A stretch of DNA of 64,000 nucleotides, taken from Chloroflexota bacterium. GTDB lineage: Bacteria > Chloroflexota > UBA11872. Numbering within the stretch: position 1 is the stretch's first letter; every line of letters starts with the position of its first letter. The notes under the pieces are model-generated. The model was not told the origin of the DNA and did not search any database. It worked only from the letters and a program-made list of their open reading frames with translations. Below, piece after piece: positions 18,511 through 27,771 of the stretch. The stretch is taken from NCBI GenBank assembly GCA_028873795.1, contig JAPPNP010000051.1, positions 71,641 to 135,640 of the forward strand. The letters are read 5' to 3'. The translations under genes and the position numbers were made by a program.

Positions 18511-20178
18511 TTGCTCTGGGAGGGCCGCACGGTGTCCGGTCGCTCATCCGCCACGGGCGCATCTCACCTGGTCGCGGCGCTGATCGAAGCGGGAGTCGAG
18601 CGCCTCTTTTCGCTGTCGGGCAACCAGATTCTCTCGATCTACGACGCGTGCCTCGATGCGGGACTCGAGATCATCCACGTGCGCCACGAGGCCGCCGCGG
18701 TGCACATGGCGGATGCGTGGGGCCGGTTGACCGGGCGCCCCGGCGTCGCGCTGCTCACCGCGGGTCCCGGGCACGCCAACGGGCTGACGGGACTGATCGT
18801 GGCGCGCGAAGCCGAGTCGCCGCTGGTGGTGCTCAGCGGCCAAAGCGCTCGCGCCGACGACGGCCGCGGCTCCTTCCAGGAGATGCCCCAGGCGCAACTG
18901 GCCCAACCGCTCTCAAAGGCTGCATGGACGGCGGAGCACTCGGGATCGCTCGGCGACGATGTGCGCCGCGCGCTTGACCTGGCGGTGCAGGGTCGACCCG
19001 GTCCGGTGGCCGTCAGCCTCCCCAGCGACGTGCTCGAAGCAGAGGCCCCACGCAGCGACGGTGCATTCGCAGTTCCAGATGTGTCGGCGCTGACCGAGGC
19101 TGATCGGCGCCGCGTCGGAGAGCTATTCGCCGCCGCCGATCGCCCAATCATCCTGGCCGGTCCGGCCATGATGCGGCCACCGGCGAGCGTTGACCTTGAG
19201 CAGCTGGAAGCAGCGACGGGCATTCCGGTCGTATCCAGCGAAAGCCCGCGTGGCGTGAACGACCCCAGCTTGGGAGCATTCGCCGAGGTTCTTGCCCAAG
19301 CCGATTTCCTGTTGCTCCTCGGCAAGCGCCTGGACCACTCGCTGCAGTTTGGAGCACCGCCGTTCTTCGCCGCCGACGCATGCTTCGCCCAGGTAGACGC
19401 CGATGTCGCCGAGCTCGACCGCACCCGGCGCAACGTGCGCCCACCCCAGCGACTGGCGCTTGCCGTTGAGGCGCATCCGGGGCAGGCGGCGCGCCAACTC
19501 GCGGCCGTCGCTGAAAGCGCCGCGGACGATGGCTGGCGAGAAGCCGTGAGAGCCGCCGTCGACCACCGCCCCGCGGCATGGGACGCCTGGCAGTCACCGC
19601 CCGAGGGTCCGCTGCATCCAATCGAGCTCTGCCAGTCAATCCGTCCATGGGTCGATGACGGCATTGTCGTGATTGACGGCGGCGAGTTCGGGCAGTGGGC
19701 CCAGGCGCTCCTGAGCGGTCGCCGGCGAGTAATCAATGGACCGGCCGGGTCCATCGGCACCGCGATCCCGTTTGCGCTCGCGGCCCGTCTGTTCGACCGC
19801 GAAGCGCCGATCGTCGCAATCGAGGGCGACGGTACGGCCGGCTACCACCTCTTGGAATTCGACACGGCGGTGCGCCACGACCTGCCGTTCGTCGCCGTGG
19901 TGGGCAACGACGCCGGGTGGAACGCCGAGCGCCGGCTGCAAGCGCGAACCTACGGCGAAGACCGAATCTTCGCCTGCGACCTGCTCCCGACGCGCTACGA
20001 CCTCGCGGTCGCGGCCCTTGGCGGTCACGGCGAGCACGTGACGAAACGGTCAGGCCTGGACGCCGCGCTCGAGCGAGCCTTTGCCTCGGGGCTGCCCAGC
20101 CTAGTCAACGTCGCGATCGAGCCCGCCGAGGCGCCGATCGTGCGGCGCGAGGGGACTCCGGTGCGCACAGGGCACTAG
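18511..20178 (+). CDS. Thiamine pyrophosphate-dependent enzyme (acetolactate synthase/benzoylformate decarboxylase family)
   Basis: N-terminal TPP-Pyr domain (GASHLVAALIEAGVERLFSLSGNQ), C-terminal GDG...NN TPP motif (IEGDGTAGY...NDAGWN); start may be GTG 18532. Confidence 0.75.
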   Translation: MLWEGRTVSGRSSATGASHLVAALIEAGVERLFSLSGNQILSIYDACLDAGLEIIHVRHEAAAVHMADAWGRLTGRPGVALLTAGPGHANGLTGLIVAREAESPLVVLSGQSARADDGRGSFQEMPQAQLAQPLSKAAWTAEHSGSLGDDVRRALDLAVQGRPGPVAVSLPSDVLEAEAPRSDGAFAVPDVSALTEADRRRVGELFAAADRPIILAGPAMMRPPASVDLEQLEAATGIPVVSSESPRGVNDPSLGAFAEVLAQADFLLLLGKRLDHSLQFGAPPFFAADACFAQVDADVAELDRTRRNVRPPQRLALAVEAHPGQAARQLAAVAESAADDGWREAVRAAVDHRPAAWDAWQSPPEGPLHPIELCQSIRPWVDDGIVVIDGGEFGQWAQALLSGRRRVINGPAGSIGTAIPFALAARLFDREAPIVAIEGDGTAGYHLLEFDTAVRHDLPFVAVVGNDAGWNAERRLQARTYGEDRIFACDLLPTRYDLAVAALGGHGEHVTKRSGLDAALERAFASGLPSLVNVAIEPAEAPIVRREGTPVRTGH

Positions 20179-20189
20179 CCCGCCGTCGG

Positions 20190-21227
20190 CTAGCGCTTCG
20201 CCTGAACGTAGGTGCCCGGCCACGGCACGTCGACGCCGAGATCCGCGGCGGCGCGGAGCGCCCAGTAGGGATTGCGCAGCAGCTCGCGCCCCAGGGCGAC
20301 CAGATCGGCGCGACCGCTGCGCACGACCTCATCCGCCACGTGGGCGTCCTCAATGAGACCAACCGCAATGACCGGCCCGCCGGCCACACGGCGAATAGTC
20401 GTCGCGACCGGCAACAGATATCCGGGGTAGACCCTGGGAGCGCTGGGCGTGACGCCGCCGGCGCTCACGTGGATCAGGTCGGCGCCAGCCTCGCGCAGGC
20501 AGCGGGCGCCGATGGCCATGTCGTCGGCGGTGTTGCCGCCATCCACGAAATCGGTGCCCGAGATTCGCACCGAGATCGGCATCCAATCCGGAATCGCGGC
20601 GCGAACGGCAGCGACGACCTCGCACGGCATGCGCGACCGCTTCTCGATGCTGCCCCCGTATTCGTCGTCGCGCCGGTTGGTCAGCGGGGAGAAGAACTCG
20701 CTGAGCAGATAGCCGTGGGCTGAGTGAATCTCAATGGCCTGGAAACCGGCCTCCACTGCTCGCCGCGCAGCGGACGCAAAGGCATCTACGACGTCCGTGA
20801 TCTCGGCAGGTGCGAGGCTCACAGGCACGCGCCAGCCGTCGTCGAAGCGCAGCCGGCTGGGGGCCACGAGCCGGTGGCCGGAATGGCCGCGCTCGTCGTA
20901 GTAGGCCTTGCGCCCCGCGTGGCCGAGCTGGATGCCGATCACCGCACCCTGCGAGGCGCAAAAGGCCGCGATGCGCCGCAGGGGCTCGATCTGGGCGTCG
21001 TCCCAGAGGCCAAGGTTTACCGGATAGATCACGCCCCGAGGCTCGACTGCCGTGACTTCGGTGAAGATCAGCCCCACGCCGCCCACGGCCCGCGAGCCGT
21101 AGTGCACCACGTGCCAGTCGCCGGCCGCACCGCCGTCCACGGCCGCCAGCTGGTCCATGGGGGCCATCACCACGCGATTGCGCAGCGTCACGCCGCGGAC
21201 GCGCAGGGGATCGAATAAACCGGGCAT
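20190..21227 (-). CDS. NADH:flavin oxidoreductase (Old Yellow Enzyme family)
   Basis: RNRVVMAPM and HGAHGYLL OYE motifs; start trimmed to MPGLFDP. Confidence 0.8.
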   Translation of the reverse strand: MPGLFDPLRVRGVTLRNRVVMAPMDQLAAVDGGAAGDWHVVHYGSRAVGGVGLIFTEVTAVEPRGVIYPVNLGLWDDAQIEPLRRIAAFCASQGAVIGIQLGHAGRKAYYDERGHSGHRLVAPSRLRFDDGWRVPVSLAPAEITDVVDAFASAARRAVEAGFQAIEIHSAHGYLLSEFFSPLTNRRDDEYGGSIEKRSRMPCEVVAAVRAAIPDWMPISVRISGTDFVDGGNTADDMAIGARCLREAGADLIHVSAGGVTPSAPRVYPGYLLPVATTIRRVAGGPVIAVGLIEDAHVADEVVRSGRADLVALGRELLRNPYWALRAAADLGVDVPWPGTYVQAKR

Positions 21228-21300
21228 TGGTCGCTCGCGGTAAGGTTGAGCGTTGAAGTCTAGTGGGCGTGGCGCGGGCACGTCCCGGCACCCCACCGCC

Positions 21301-21450
21301 GTCATTTGAAGCCGCCCCTATCTGTCATTCCGAGCCGCAGGCGAGGAATCCAAGGGGCAGCGAGAAGGCACCACGTCCTTAGATTCCTCACTTCGTTCGG
21401 AATGACAGATTCGGGTTTCGGAGTGACAGATTGAAATTTCGGATCAATAG
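21301..21450. repeat. Long hairpin repeat (CTGTCATTCCGAGCCGCAGGCGAGGAATCCAAGG / TCCTTAGATTCCTCACTTCGTTCGGAATGACAG) followed by three TTCGGA(A/G)TGACAGATTC-like direct repeats
   Basis: Near-identical to 10759-10860 copy including the loop GCACCA(A)CGTCC. Confidence 0.65.
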
Positions 21451-21469
21451 ATTCGACCGCCGCAGGATT

Positions 21470-22483
21470 GTGTGGCGTTCACCGTTTCACGTCGCCGGAT
21501 ACCATGGCGCCGCGTCGCGCAGCGGAAACAGTGACACGGACCAGGACCAACCGGTACTCGAGTGCCGCGACCTCCGCAAGAGCTTCGGCGAGCTCACGGC
21601 GGTCGACGGCGTGAGCTTCCGCATCGCGGCTGGCGAGACCTACGGCCTGCTGGGACCAAACGGCGCGGGCAAGACCACCAGCATTTCCATGGCCGTCGGA
21701 CTGATGCAGCGTGACGGCGGCCAGGTGCTCGTGGACGGCGAGCCACTCGACCCCGGCACTACCGGGCTGAAGGCCAAGATTGGGTTGGTCCCGCAAGACA
21801 TTGCCATCTATCCCGACCTGACGGCGCGGGAGAACCTGCGGTTCTTCGGTCGCCTCTACGACATGCCTCGGGCGAAGCTGCGCGGCCGCGCGGACGAGGT
21901 GCTCGAGATCATCGGGCTCGGCGATCGCGCCGACGATCGCGCCGACACGTTCTCCGGCGGGATGAAACGCCGGCTCAACATCGGCATCGGGCTGCTGCAT
22001 GCCCCGCGCCTGCTCGTGCTCGACGAGCCGACCGTGGGGGTGGATCCGCAGAGCCGCAACGCCATTCTCGAGAGCATCGAGCAGCTGGGCAGCGAGGGCC
22101 TGGCCGTGCTCTACACGACGCACTACATGGAGGAAGCCGAGCGCCTTTGCGACCGCATCGGCATCATCGATCGTGGGCAGATCAAGGCCGAAGGAACGCG
22201 CCGCGAGCTGGCCCAAATCGTGCGCGAGAACGACCGCGTGCGCCTGAGCGCCACCGGCTCTTTGCACGCCGGCGCCGAGGCCATCGGTCGCATCGACGGC
22301 GTGCAGCAGGTCGACGTCGTCGACGGCGGCATCGACGTGCTGGTCGAGCAAGCCGGGAAATCGCTGATGGCGCTGCTGTCCGCGCTGGACGAGGCCAGTG
22401 TGTCGATTACCGGCGTCGAGATCGACGAGCCGAATCTGGAAGCGGTGTTCCTGCACCTCACCGGGCGCTCGCTGCGGGACTAG
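21470..22483 (+). CDS. ABC transporter ATP-binding protein (ABC-2/DrrA-like)
   Basis: Walker A GPNGAGKTT, signature FSGGMKRRL, Walker B LLVLDEPT; start uncertain (TTG 21431 or GTG 21470) because the 5' end overlaps the repeat. Confidence 0.8.
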   Translation: MWRSPFHVAGYHGAASRSGNSDTDQDQPVLECRDLRKSFGELTAVDGVSFRIAAGETYGLLGPNGAGKTTSISMAVGLMQRDGGQVLVDGEPLDPGTTGLKAKIGLVPQDIAIYPDLTARENLRFFGRLYDMPRAKLRGRADEVLEIIGLGDRADDRADTFSGGMKRRLNIGIGLLHAPRLLVLDEPTVGVDPQSRNAILESIEQLGSEGLAVLYTTHYMEEAERLCDRIGIIDRGQIKAEGTRRELAQIVRENDRVRLSATGSLHAGAEAIGRIDGVQQVDVVDGGIDVLVEQAGKSLMALLSALDEASVSITGVEIDEPNLEAVFLHLTGRSLRD

Positions 22484-22485
22484 GC

Positions 22486-23679
22486 ATGCGGTCCGCCCTG
22501 GTCATCGCGGCGAAGGACCTGCGGCAGCGCGCCCGCGATCGCTCGGTGTACGTGTTCGCCATCGTCGCCCCGCTCGGCCTGGCGGCCATCTTCGGGTTCG
22601 TCTTCAACCCCATCAGCGACGCCGACTTCACGGCCACGTTTGCCGTGGCGAACGTCGATCGGGGGCCGCTGGCGGCTCCGCTGGTCGACGGCGTGCTCGG
22701 TGGGCTCGCGGAAGACGGCAACGTCAGGCTGGTGGAGGCAACGAGCGCGGAAGAGGCCACGCGCCTCGTCGAGGGCGACGGTGAACGAGCCGACCAGGAC
22801 GTCGACGCGGCCATCATCATTCCGGCCGAGTTCTCCGCCCGCGTGCAGACTGGTCGGCCGGCGGAACTCCGCGTCGTCCAGAACGTGAACTCGACCCTCG
22901 CGTCGACCCTGGCGTTAGCGATCGTCCAGGAGTACGCCAGGCAACTCGACTACGTGCAGGGCGCGGTGACCACGCTCGGCTCACTGGATCCCACGCGATT
23001 GGCCGACGCGGCAGCCATTGCGCAGCGCGCGGGGGCGACACCCAGCCCCGTCTCGGTGCGAGACGTGTCCGCCACCGTCAAGCAGCTGGACAACACCACG
23101 TTCTATACCGCTGGTCTCGCCTCGTTCTTTCTATTCTTCACGGTGACGTTCGGCGTCAACAGCCTGCTGGAGGAACGACACGCCGGCACGCTGAGCCGCT
23201 TGCTGGCGGCGCCGCTGCCGAAGTGGTCGATCGTTCTCGGCAAGGCGATCACGTCGTTTGGCCTCGGCCTGGTCAGCATGCTGATCCTGATCGTGGCGAC
23301 GAGCTTCATCCTGGGCGCCGACTGGGGCAACCCCGTCGGTGTCGCGCTGCTGGTCGTTGCGGCGACCGCCTCGGCCATCGGCGTGATGGCCATGGTGAGC
23401 GCCCTGGCGCGAACGTCCGAGCAAGGCGCGGTGTTTACGTCCATCGCCGCCGTCGTGCTCGGGATCCTGGGCGGGACGTTTTTCCCAATCAGTCAAGCCG
23501 GCGGCGTGCTGGCGAGCTTGCGATTTGTCGCGCCGCACGCCTGGTTTCTCCAGGGGCTGGGCGATCTGGCCGGCGGTTCGATTGGCGACACCGTGCCCGC
23601 GATCGCCGCGCTGCTTGGATTCGCCGCCGTGACGTCGGGGATCGCGGTGCCGCTGCTGCAGCGAAGGCTCAATCCATGA
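22486..23679 (+). CDS. ABC-2 type transporter permease (6 TM, large extracytoplasmic loop after TM1)
   Basis: ABC-2 permease topology; start ATG 22486 just after ATPase stop. Confidence 0.7.
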   Translation: MRSALVIAAKDLRQRARDRSVYVFAIVAPLGLAAIFGFVFNPISDADFTATFAVANVDRGPLAAPLVDGVLGGLAEDGNVRLVEATSAEEATRLVEGDGERADQDVDAAIIIPAEFSARVQTGRPAELRVVQNVNSTLASTLALAIVQEYARQLDYVQGAVTTLGSLDPTRLADAAAIAQRAGATPSPVSVRDVSATVKQLDNTTFYTAGLASFFLFFTVTFGVNSLLEERHAGTLSRLLAAPLPKWSIVLGKAITSFGLGLVSMLILIVATSFILGADWGNPVGVALLVVAATASAIGVMAMVSALARTSEQGAVFTSIAAVVLGILGGTFFPISQAGGVLASLRFVAPHAWFLQGLGDLAGGSIGDTVPAIAALLGFAAVTSGIAVPLLQRRLNP

Positions 23680-24848
23680 AGGCGCTCGCAATCGCCGCCT
23701 CGAACTTGCGCCGCTTCGCGCGCGAGCGCAGCAACGTGTTCTTCGTCCTCATTCTTCCCATGCTGCTCATCCTGGTGCTGGGCTCGGTGTTTGGCCGCGG
23801 ATTCGAGCCGCGCGTGGGCCTGGTGGCTCCGGGGACCGGCGATCCGACGAGTGCCCTGGTCGAGGGCCTCGAGGCGCACGAGGGATTCGTGGTGCACCGG
23901 CACGACGATGGCGACACCGTGGTACGCGCCGTCGAGCGCGGCGAGCTGGAGGCCGGCCTGATCCTGCCGCCCGGCTACGACGAGGCCATTCGAGACGGCA
24001 GCGCCGTGGAGATCGACTTCATCGCTCGCACGGGTCAGGATTCGCTGAGCATCCGCCGCACCATCGACGCGCTGCTGGCGGAGCAGATGGCGCTGCCGCG
24101 CATCGCGGCGTTCGTGTCTCGGGAAGCCGAGATCTCCTACGACCAGGCCCTGGCTCGAGCGGCCGCCGTGACGACTAACGCCACCGGGGTGCAGGTCGCG
24201 GCAACGGTTGCCGGCGAGTCGTTCATCGCCCGCCGCAGCTGGGGGCAATTCGACCTCGGCGCCCAGCAGCAACTCATGCTCTTCATGTTTCTCACGTCGC
24301 TCGCGGGGTCGGCCGCGCTGGTGCAGACGCGGCGTCTGGGCATCGCGCGCCGCATGTTCGCCACGCCCACGACCGTGCGCACCATCCTGCTCGGCGAGGG
24401 CCTGGGGCGATTCGGGGTCGCCCTGGTGCAGGGCGTCTACATCATGCTGGGCACGATGCTGATCTTCGGCGTGCGCTGGGGCGATCCACTCAGCGCCGTC
24501 ATGATCGTGCTCGCCTTCGGCCTCGTCGGCAGCGGGGCCGCCATGCTCATGGGCGCGCTCTTCAGCAACGACCAGCAGGCGGCGCCGGTGGGCGTGTTCC
24601 TGGGACTGGGCACGGCGGCCCTGGGCGGCTGCATGATGCCGCTCTACGTGATGGAGCTGTTCGCCCCCGCCGTATGGACCGCGGCGCACGTGATGCCGCA
24701 CGCCTGGGCGCTGGAGGCGTTCGAGGTCCTCGCGATCCAGGACGGCGGCCTGGGCGACGTCCTGCCGTTCCTCGGCATCCTGCTCGGTTACGCGGCGGCC
24801 TTCTACGTGCTGGCGATCTGGCGGCTGCGGGTGGTTCTCACGCGCTAG
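23676..24848 (+). CDS. ABC-2 type transporter permease (paralogous second subunit)
   Basis: Same architecture as upstream permease; ATGA overlap with upstream stop. Confidence 0.7.
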   Translation: MKALAIAASNLRRFARERSNVFFVLILPMLLILVLGSVFGRGFEPRVGLVAPGTGDPTSALVEGLEAHEGFVVHRHDDGDTVVRAVERGELEAGLILPPGYDEAIRDGSAVEIDFIARTGQDSLSIRRTIDALLAEQMALPRIAAFVSREAEISYDQALARAAAVTTNATGVQVAATVAGESFIARRSWGQFDLGAQQQLMLFMFLTSLAGSAALVQTRRLGIARRMFATPTTVRTILLGEGLGRFGVALVQGVYIMLGTMLIFGVRWGDPLSAVMIVLAFGLVGSGAAMLMGALFSNDQQAAPVGVFLGLGTAALGGCMMPLYVMELFAPAVWTAAHVMPHAWALEAFEVLAIQDGGLGDVLPFLGILLGYAAAFYVLAIWRLRVVLTR

Positions 24849-24908
24849 AGAGAGAAGGGCAACCACAAGGGTTGCCCCTACATGGCATGGACTCGGTCGC
24901 CAGGAACG

Positions 24909-25670
24909 CTACCGCCCGATGCTGCGCAGGTACTCGCGGGAGATGCGCGCCCGTTCGCGCGGCGGTTGGTCGACCAGGCGTCCGCCGTGGCAGACCACCC
25001 AGCCGTCAAACTGGATGTCGTCGAGGGTGTCGAAGATGGCGGGAATGCTCGGAAACAGGTCCCCGCCACCAACGTTGACGTAGCGCCAACCGCGGTAGTC
25101 CTGCAAGTGGACGTACGCGAGCCGCTCGGCGAACTCCCGCAGGCACTCGCAGGCGTCCCAGCCGACCAGCTGTGCGTGCGACACGTCAATGCACAGCTTG
25201 AGATCAGGGGCGGCGTCCAGCACCTGCCGGATTTCGCGCTCGGTCTGGACCAGTTGTCCCGTATGGAAGTGGAACACGACCGTGGCGCCCCGGTCGGCGC
25301 CGAACGTCCGCAGGGATTCCGCCGCCGCTGCGAAGCGGTTGATTTCATCCGTTGACGGCGGACGATTCTCGGGCCGTTCCGGGGCCATGATCACGAAGGC
25401 GTCCGCGCCGATGTCCGCCGTGAACTCGATCCGCCGGCAGTTGGCTTCGAAGACCACCGGGTCGTCGGCGAAGTTCCAGTCCCGCCCGCACACGCCGGCC
25501 ACCGGCAGTCCGGCAGCCGAAGAGATTTCGGACACGCGCTTCGCGGAGCCGAGCCAGTCGAGCGACTGCCGCACCTCCCAGCCGTCCCAGCCGCTCTGCT
25601 TGAGCTCATCGAGCATGGGCGCCAGGTCCGGCGTGGGGCCGTACTCCAGGCTGTTGTAGGCCAGCTTCAC
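24909..25670 (-). CDS. Sugar phosphate isomerase/epimerase (xylose isomerase-like TIM barrel)
   Basis: AP-endo-2 TIM-barrel pattern with conserved His/Glu/Asp metal ligands. Confidence 0.6.
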   Translation of the reverse strand: MKLAYNSLEYGPTPDLAPMLDELKQSGWDGWEVRQSLDWLGSAKRVSEISSAAGLPVAGVCGRDWNFADDPVVFEANCRRIEFTADIGADAFVIMAPERPENRPPSTDEINRFAAAAESLRTFGADRGATVVFHFHTGQLVQTEREIRQVLDAAPDLKLCIDVSHAQLVGWDACECLREFAERLAYVHLQDYRGWRYVNVGGGDLFPSIPAIFDTLDDIQFDGWVVCHGGRLVDQPPRERARISREYLRSIGR

Positions 25671-25690
25671 GACAATCTCTCCCCGGCTTG

Positions 25691-26803
25691 CTAGGCGTTC
25701 AGGATGAGCTGCACGGTCACGTCGGTGAGGCGCTCAAGCTCATCGAGCGGCATTGACTCGGCCACGGAGTGCACGTCGAGGTAGCCGACCGACAGGATGG
25801 CGGTGGCAATGCCCTTCTCATTGAAGTTTTGCGCGTCGCTGCCGCCGTAGGTCGAGATGTGGCGGGGCTCGAGGCCGGCGGCGGCGATGGCGGTGTCGGC
25901 GAGTTGAATGGCCGGATGCTCGTCACCAAAGCTCGTGGCTTTGAAGCGGCCCCGCTGGGTGTAGTCCACGCGACCGCCGAGGTCCGCCGCCGCGTCCTCG
26001 CAGGCCTGGCGCATGGCGGCCATCTGTCGTTCGAGGGCGTCCTGGTCGAGACTGCGCGCCTGCCCGACGAGCTTGCACTCGGGCGGCACGATGTTGGCCG
26101 CCTGGCCGCCCGACACGACGCCCACGTTGGCCACCGTCACGTCGTCGACCTGCCCCAGCGTCATGTTGTCCACCGCCCGCGCCTGCATGGCGATGGCATT
26201 GATCCCGTCGCCCGCGGCGATGCCGGCGTGCGCGGCCCTGCCGTGGAAGACGGCCTCGAATCCAAACGAGCCGGCCTGATGCGTCACGAGATCGCCCACG
26301 GGACCGCCCGCATCGAGGACGAATGCCACGCGCGCCTCGATGTCGTTCGGATCGAAAGCGTCGGCGCCGAACTGGCCCACGTCCTCGCCCACCGTCAGGA
26401 CCACTTCGATCGGCCCGTGGTCCGCCCCGGCGTCATGGACCGCCAGCACCGCCTCGACGATGGCGGCCACGCCCGCCTTGTCATCCGCCCCCAACACGCT
26501 CGAACCGTCGGAGTAGACGACGCCGTCCTTGACCACCGGACGCATGCCGGGCGTGGGCTGCACGGTGTCCATGTGGGCATTGAGCATGATCGGCGCCGAC
26601 TGCTTGCCCTTGGCCGGCCACTTGCCGATGAGGTTGCCAATCTCGTCCTGCGAGCAGACCACCCCGACCTCCTCCAGCAACGGCTGCAGGATCGCCACCA
26701 CCCGGTTCTCATTGCCCCAATAGCTGTCGACGCTGAGGATGTCGACGAAGATCTTGAGCAAGCGGTCAGGGTCGATGGCGACCGGGCCGGTTGGCGTTGT
26801 CAT
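25691..26803 (-). CDS. M20 family metallopeptidase (peptidase T/deacylase-like)
   Basis: HMDTV...GADDKAG...E(E/D) metal-ligand pattern; start trimmed to MTTPTGP. Confidence 0.7.
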   Translation of the reverse strand: MTTPTGPVAIDPDRLLKIFVDILSVDSYWGNENRVVAILQPLLEEVGVVCSQDEIGNLIGKWPAKGKQSAPIMLNAHMDTVQPTPGMRPVVKDGVVYSDGSSVLGADDKAGVAAIVEAVLAVHDAGADHGPIEVVLTVGEDVGQFGADAFDPNDIEARVAFVLDAGGPVGDLVTHQAGSFGFEAVFHGRAAHAGIAAGDGINAIAMQARAVDNMTLGQVDDVTVANVGVVSGGQAANIVPPECKLVGQARSLDQDALERQMAAMRQACEDAAADLGGRVDYTQRGRFKATSFGDEHPAIQLADTAIAAAGLEPRHISTYGGSDAQNFNEKGIATAILSVGYLDVHSVAESMPLDELERLTDVTVQLILNA

Positions 26804-27078
26804 CGTGAGGGTCGTCTCCAGGCGTGCGCGTGCCACAGCATGCTGCGCAGTGTGGCATTCAACTGGCTCGGGCGCGCAGCTTAGGGTCGTGCGCCGCAGG
26901 CGTCGCAGGGATGAGAAGTCGGGCGGCTTGCCGAGGCTGCACGGAGTCTGGCAATTGCGGCCCACACCGATGCCGAAGAGGCTCTCACGGAATCTGAAGA
27001 CATCGTCAACGGAACGCTTGTCGTGAATGCATTGCAATCAATGTAAGATTACGTGACGATGCATGCGGAGGCTACAGA

Positions 27079-27324
27079 GTGGCCAGTATCACCGTGCGTA
27101 ACCTCGACGACGGACTGAAGCGGCGTCTACGAATCCGCGCCGCTGAGAACGGAAGGTCCATGGAGCAGGAGGCCAGGGACATCCTGCGGACGGCTCTGGG
27201 CGAGGCCTCGGCAACGAGCACGGACCTTGGCAGTTCCATTCGCGCCCGATTCGCCCCGCTTGGCGGTGTCGAACTGGAATTGCCACCCCGCGAACCGATC
27301 CGCAACCCACCGTCGCTGGACTGA
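27079..27324 (+). CDS. vapB: RHH antitoxin (FitA/VapB-like)
   Basis: MASITVRNLDDGLKRRLRIRAAENGRSMEQEARDIL pattern; GTG start; precedes PIN gene by 9 nt. Confidence 0.7.
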   Translation: MASITVRNLDDGLKRRLRIRAAENGRSMEQEARDILRTALGEASATSTDLGSSIRARFAPLGGVELELPPREPIRNPPSLD

Positions 27325-27333
27325 GGCGGCGTC

Positions 27334-27759
27334 GTGATTGTCCTCGACACAAACGTCGTCTCCGAGTTCATGCGCCCAAATCCCGCCGATCGCGTTGTTG
27401 ACTGGATGTCGCGGCAGTTCGCCGCGTTGCTCTATCTCTCGACCATCAGCGAAGCCGAATTGCGCTATGGCATTGAGATTCTCCCGCTCGGCAAACGTCG
27501 TGAGCGTCTGGGCTCAGAGGTTGAAGGGATGCTGCGCGAAGATTTCGCGGGACGCATTTTGCCGTTCGATCAGGCTGCCGCGCAGGCGTACGCCGTTATC
27601 GCTGCCACGCGCAGGGCTACAGGGCGGCCAATCAATCACCCCGACTGCCAGATTGCGGCTATTGCTCGCGCCGCCGGGGCGGCCGTCGCCACGCGAGACA
27701 TCGGTGCATTCCAAGACTGCGGCGTCGAGGTGATCGACCCCTGGGCCACCGAAAGCTGA
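27334..27759 (+). CDS. vapC: PIN-domain toxin (VapC/FitB-like)
   Basis: MIVLDTNVVSE start, PIN acidic residues. Confidence 0.75.
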   Translation: MIVLDTNVVSEFMRPNPADRVVDWMSRQFAALLYLSTISEAELRYGIEILPLGKRRERLGSEVEGMLREDFAGRILPFDQAAAQAYAVIAATRRATGRPINHPDCQIAAIARAAGAAVATRDIGAFQDCGVEVIDPWATES

Positions 27760-27771
27760 CCTGCGCCGATC

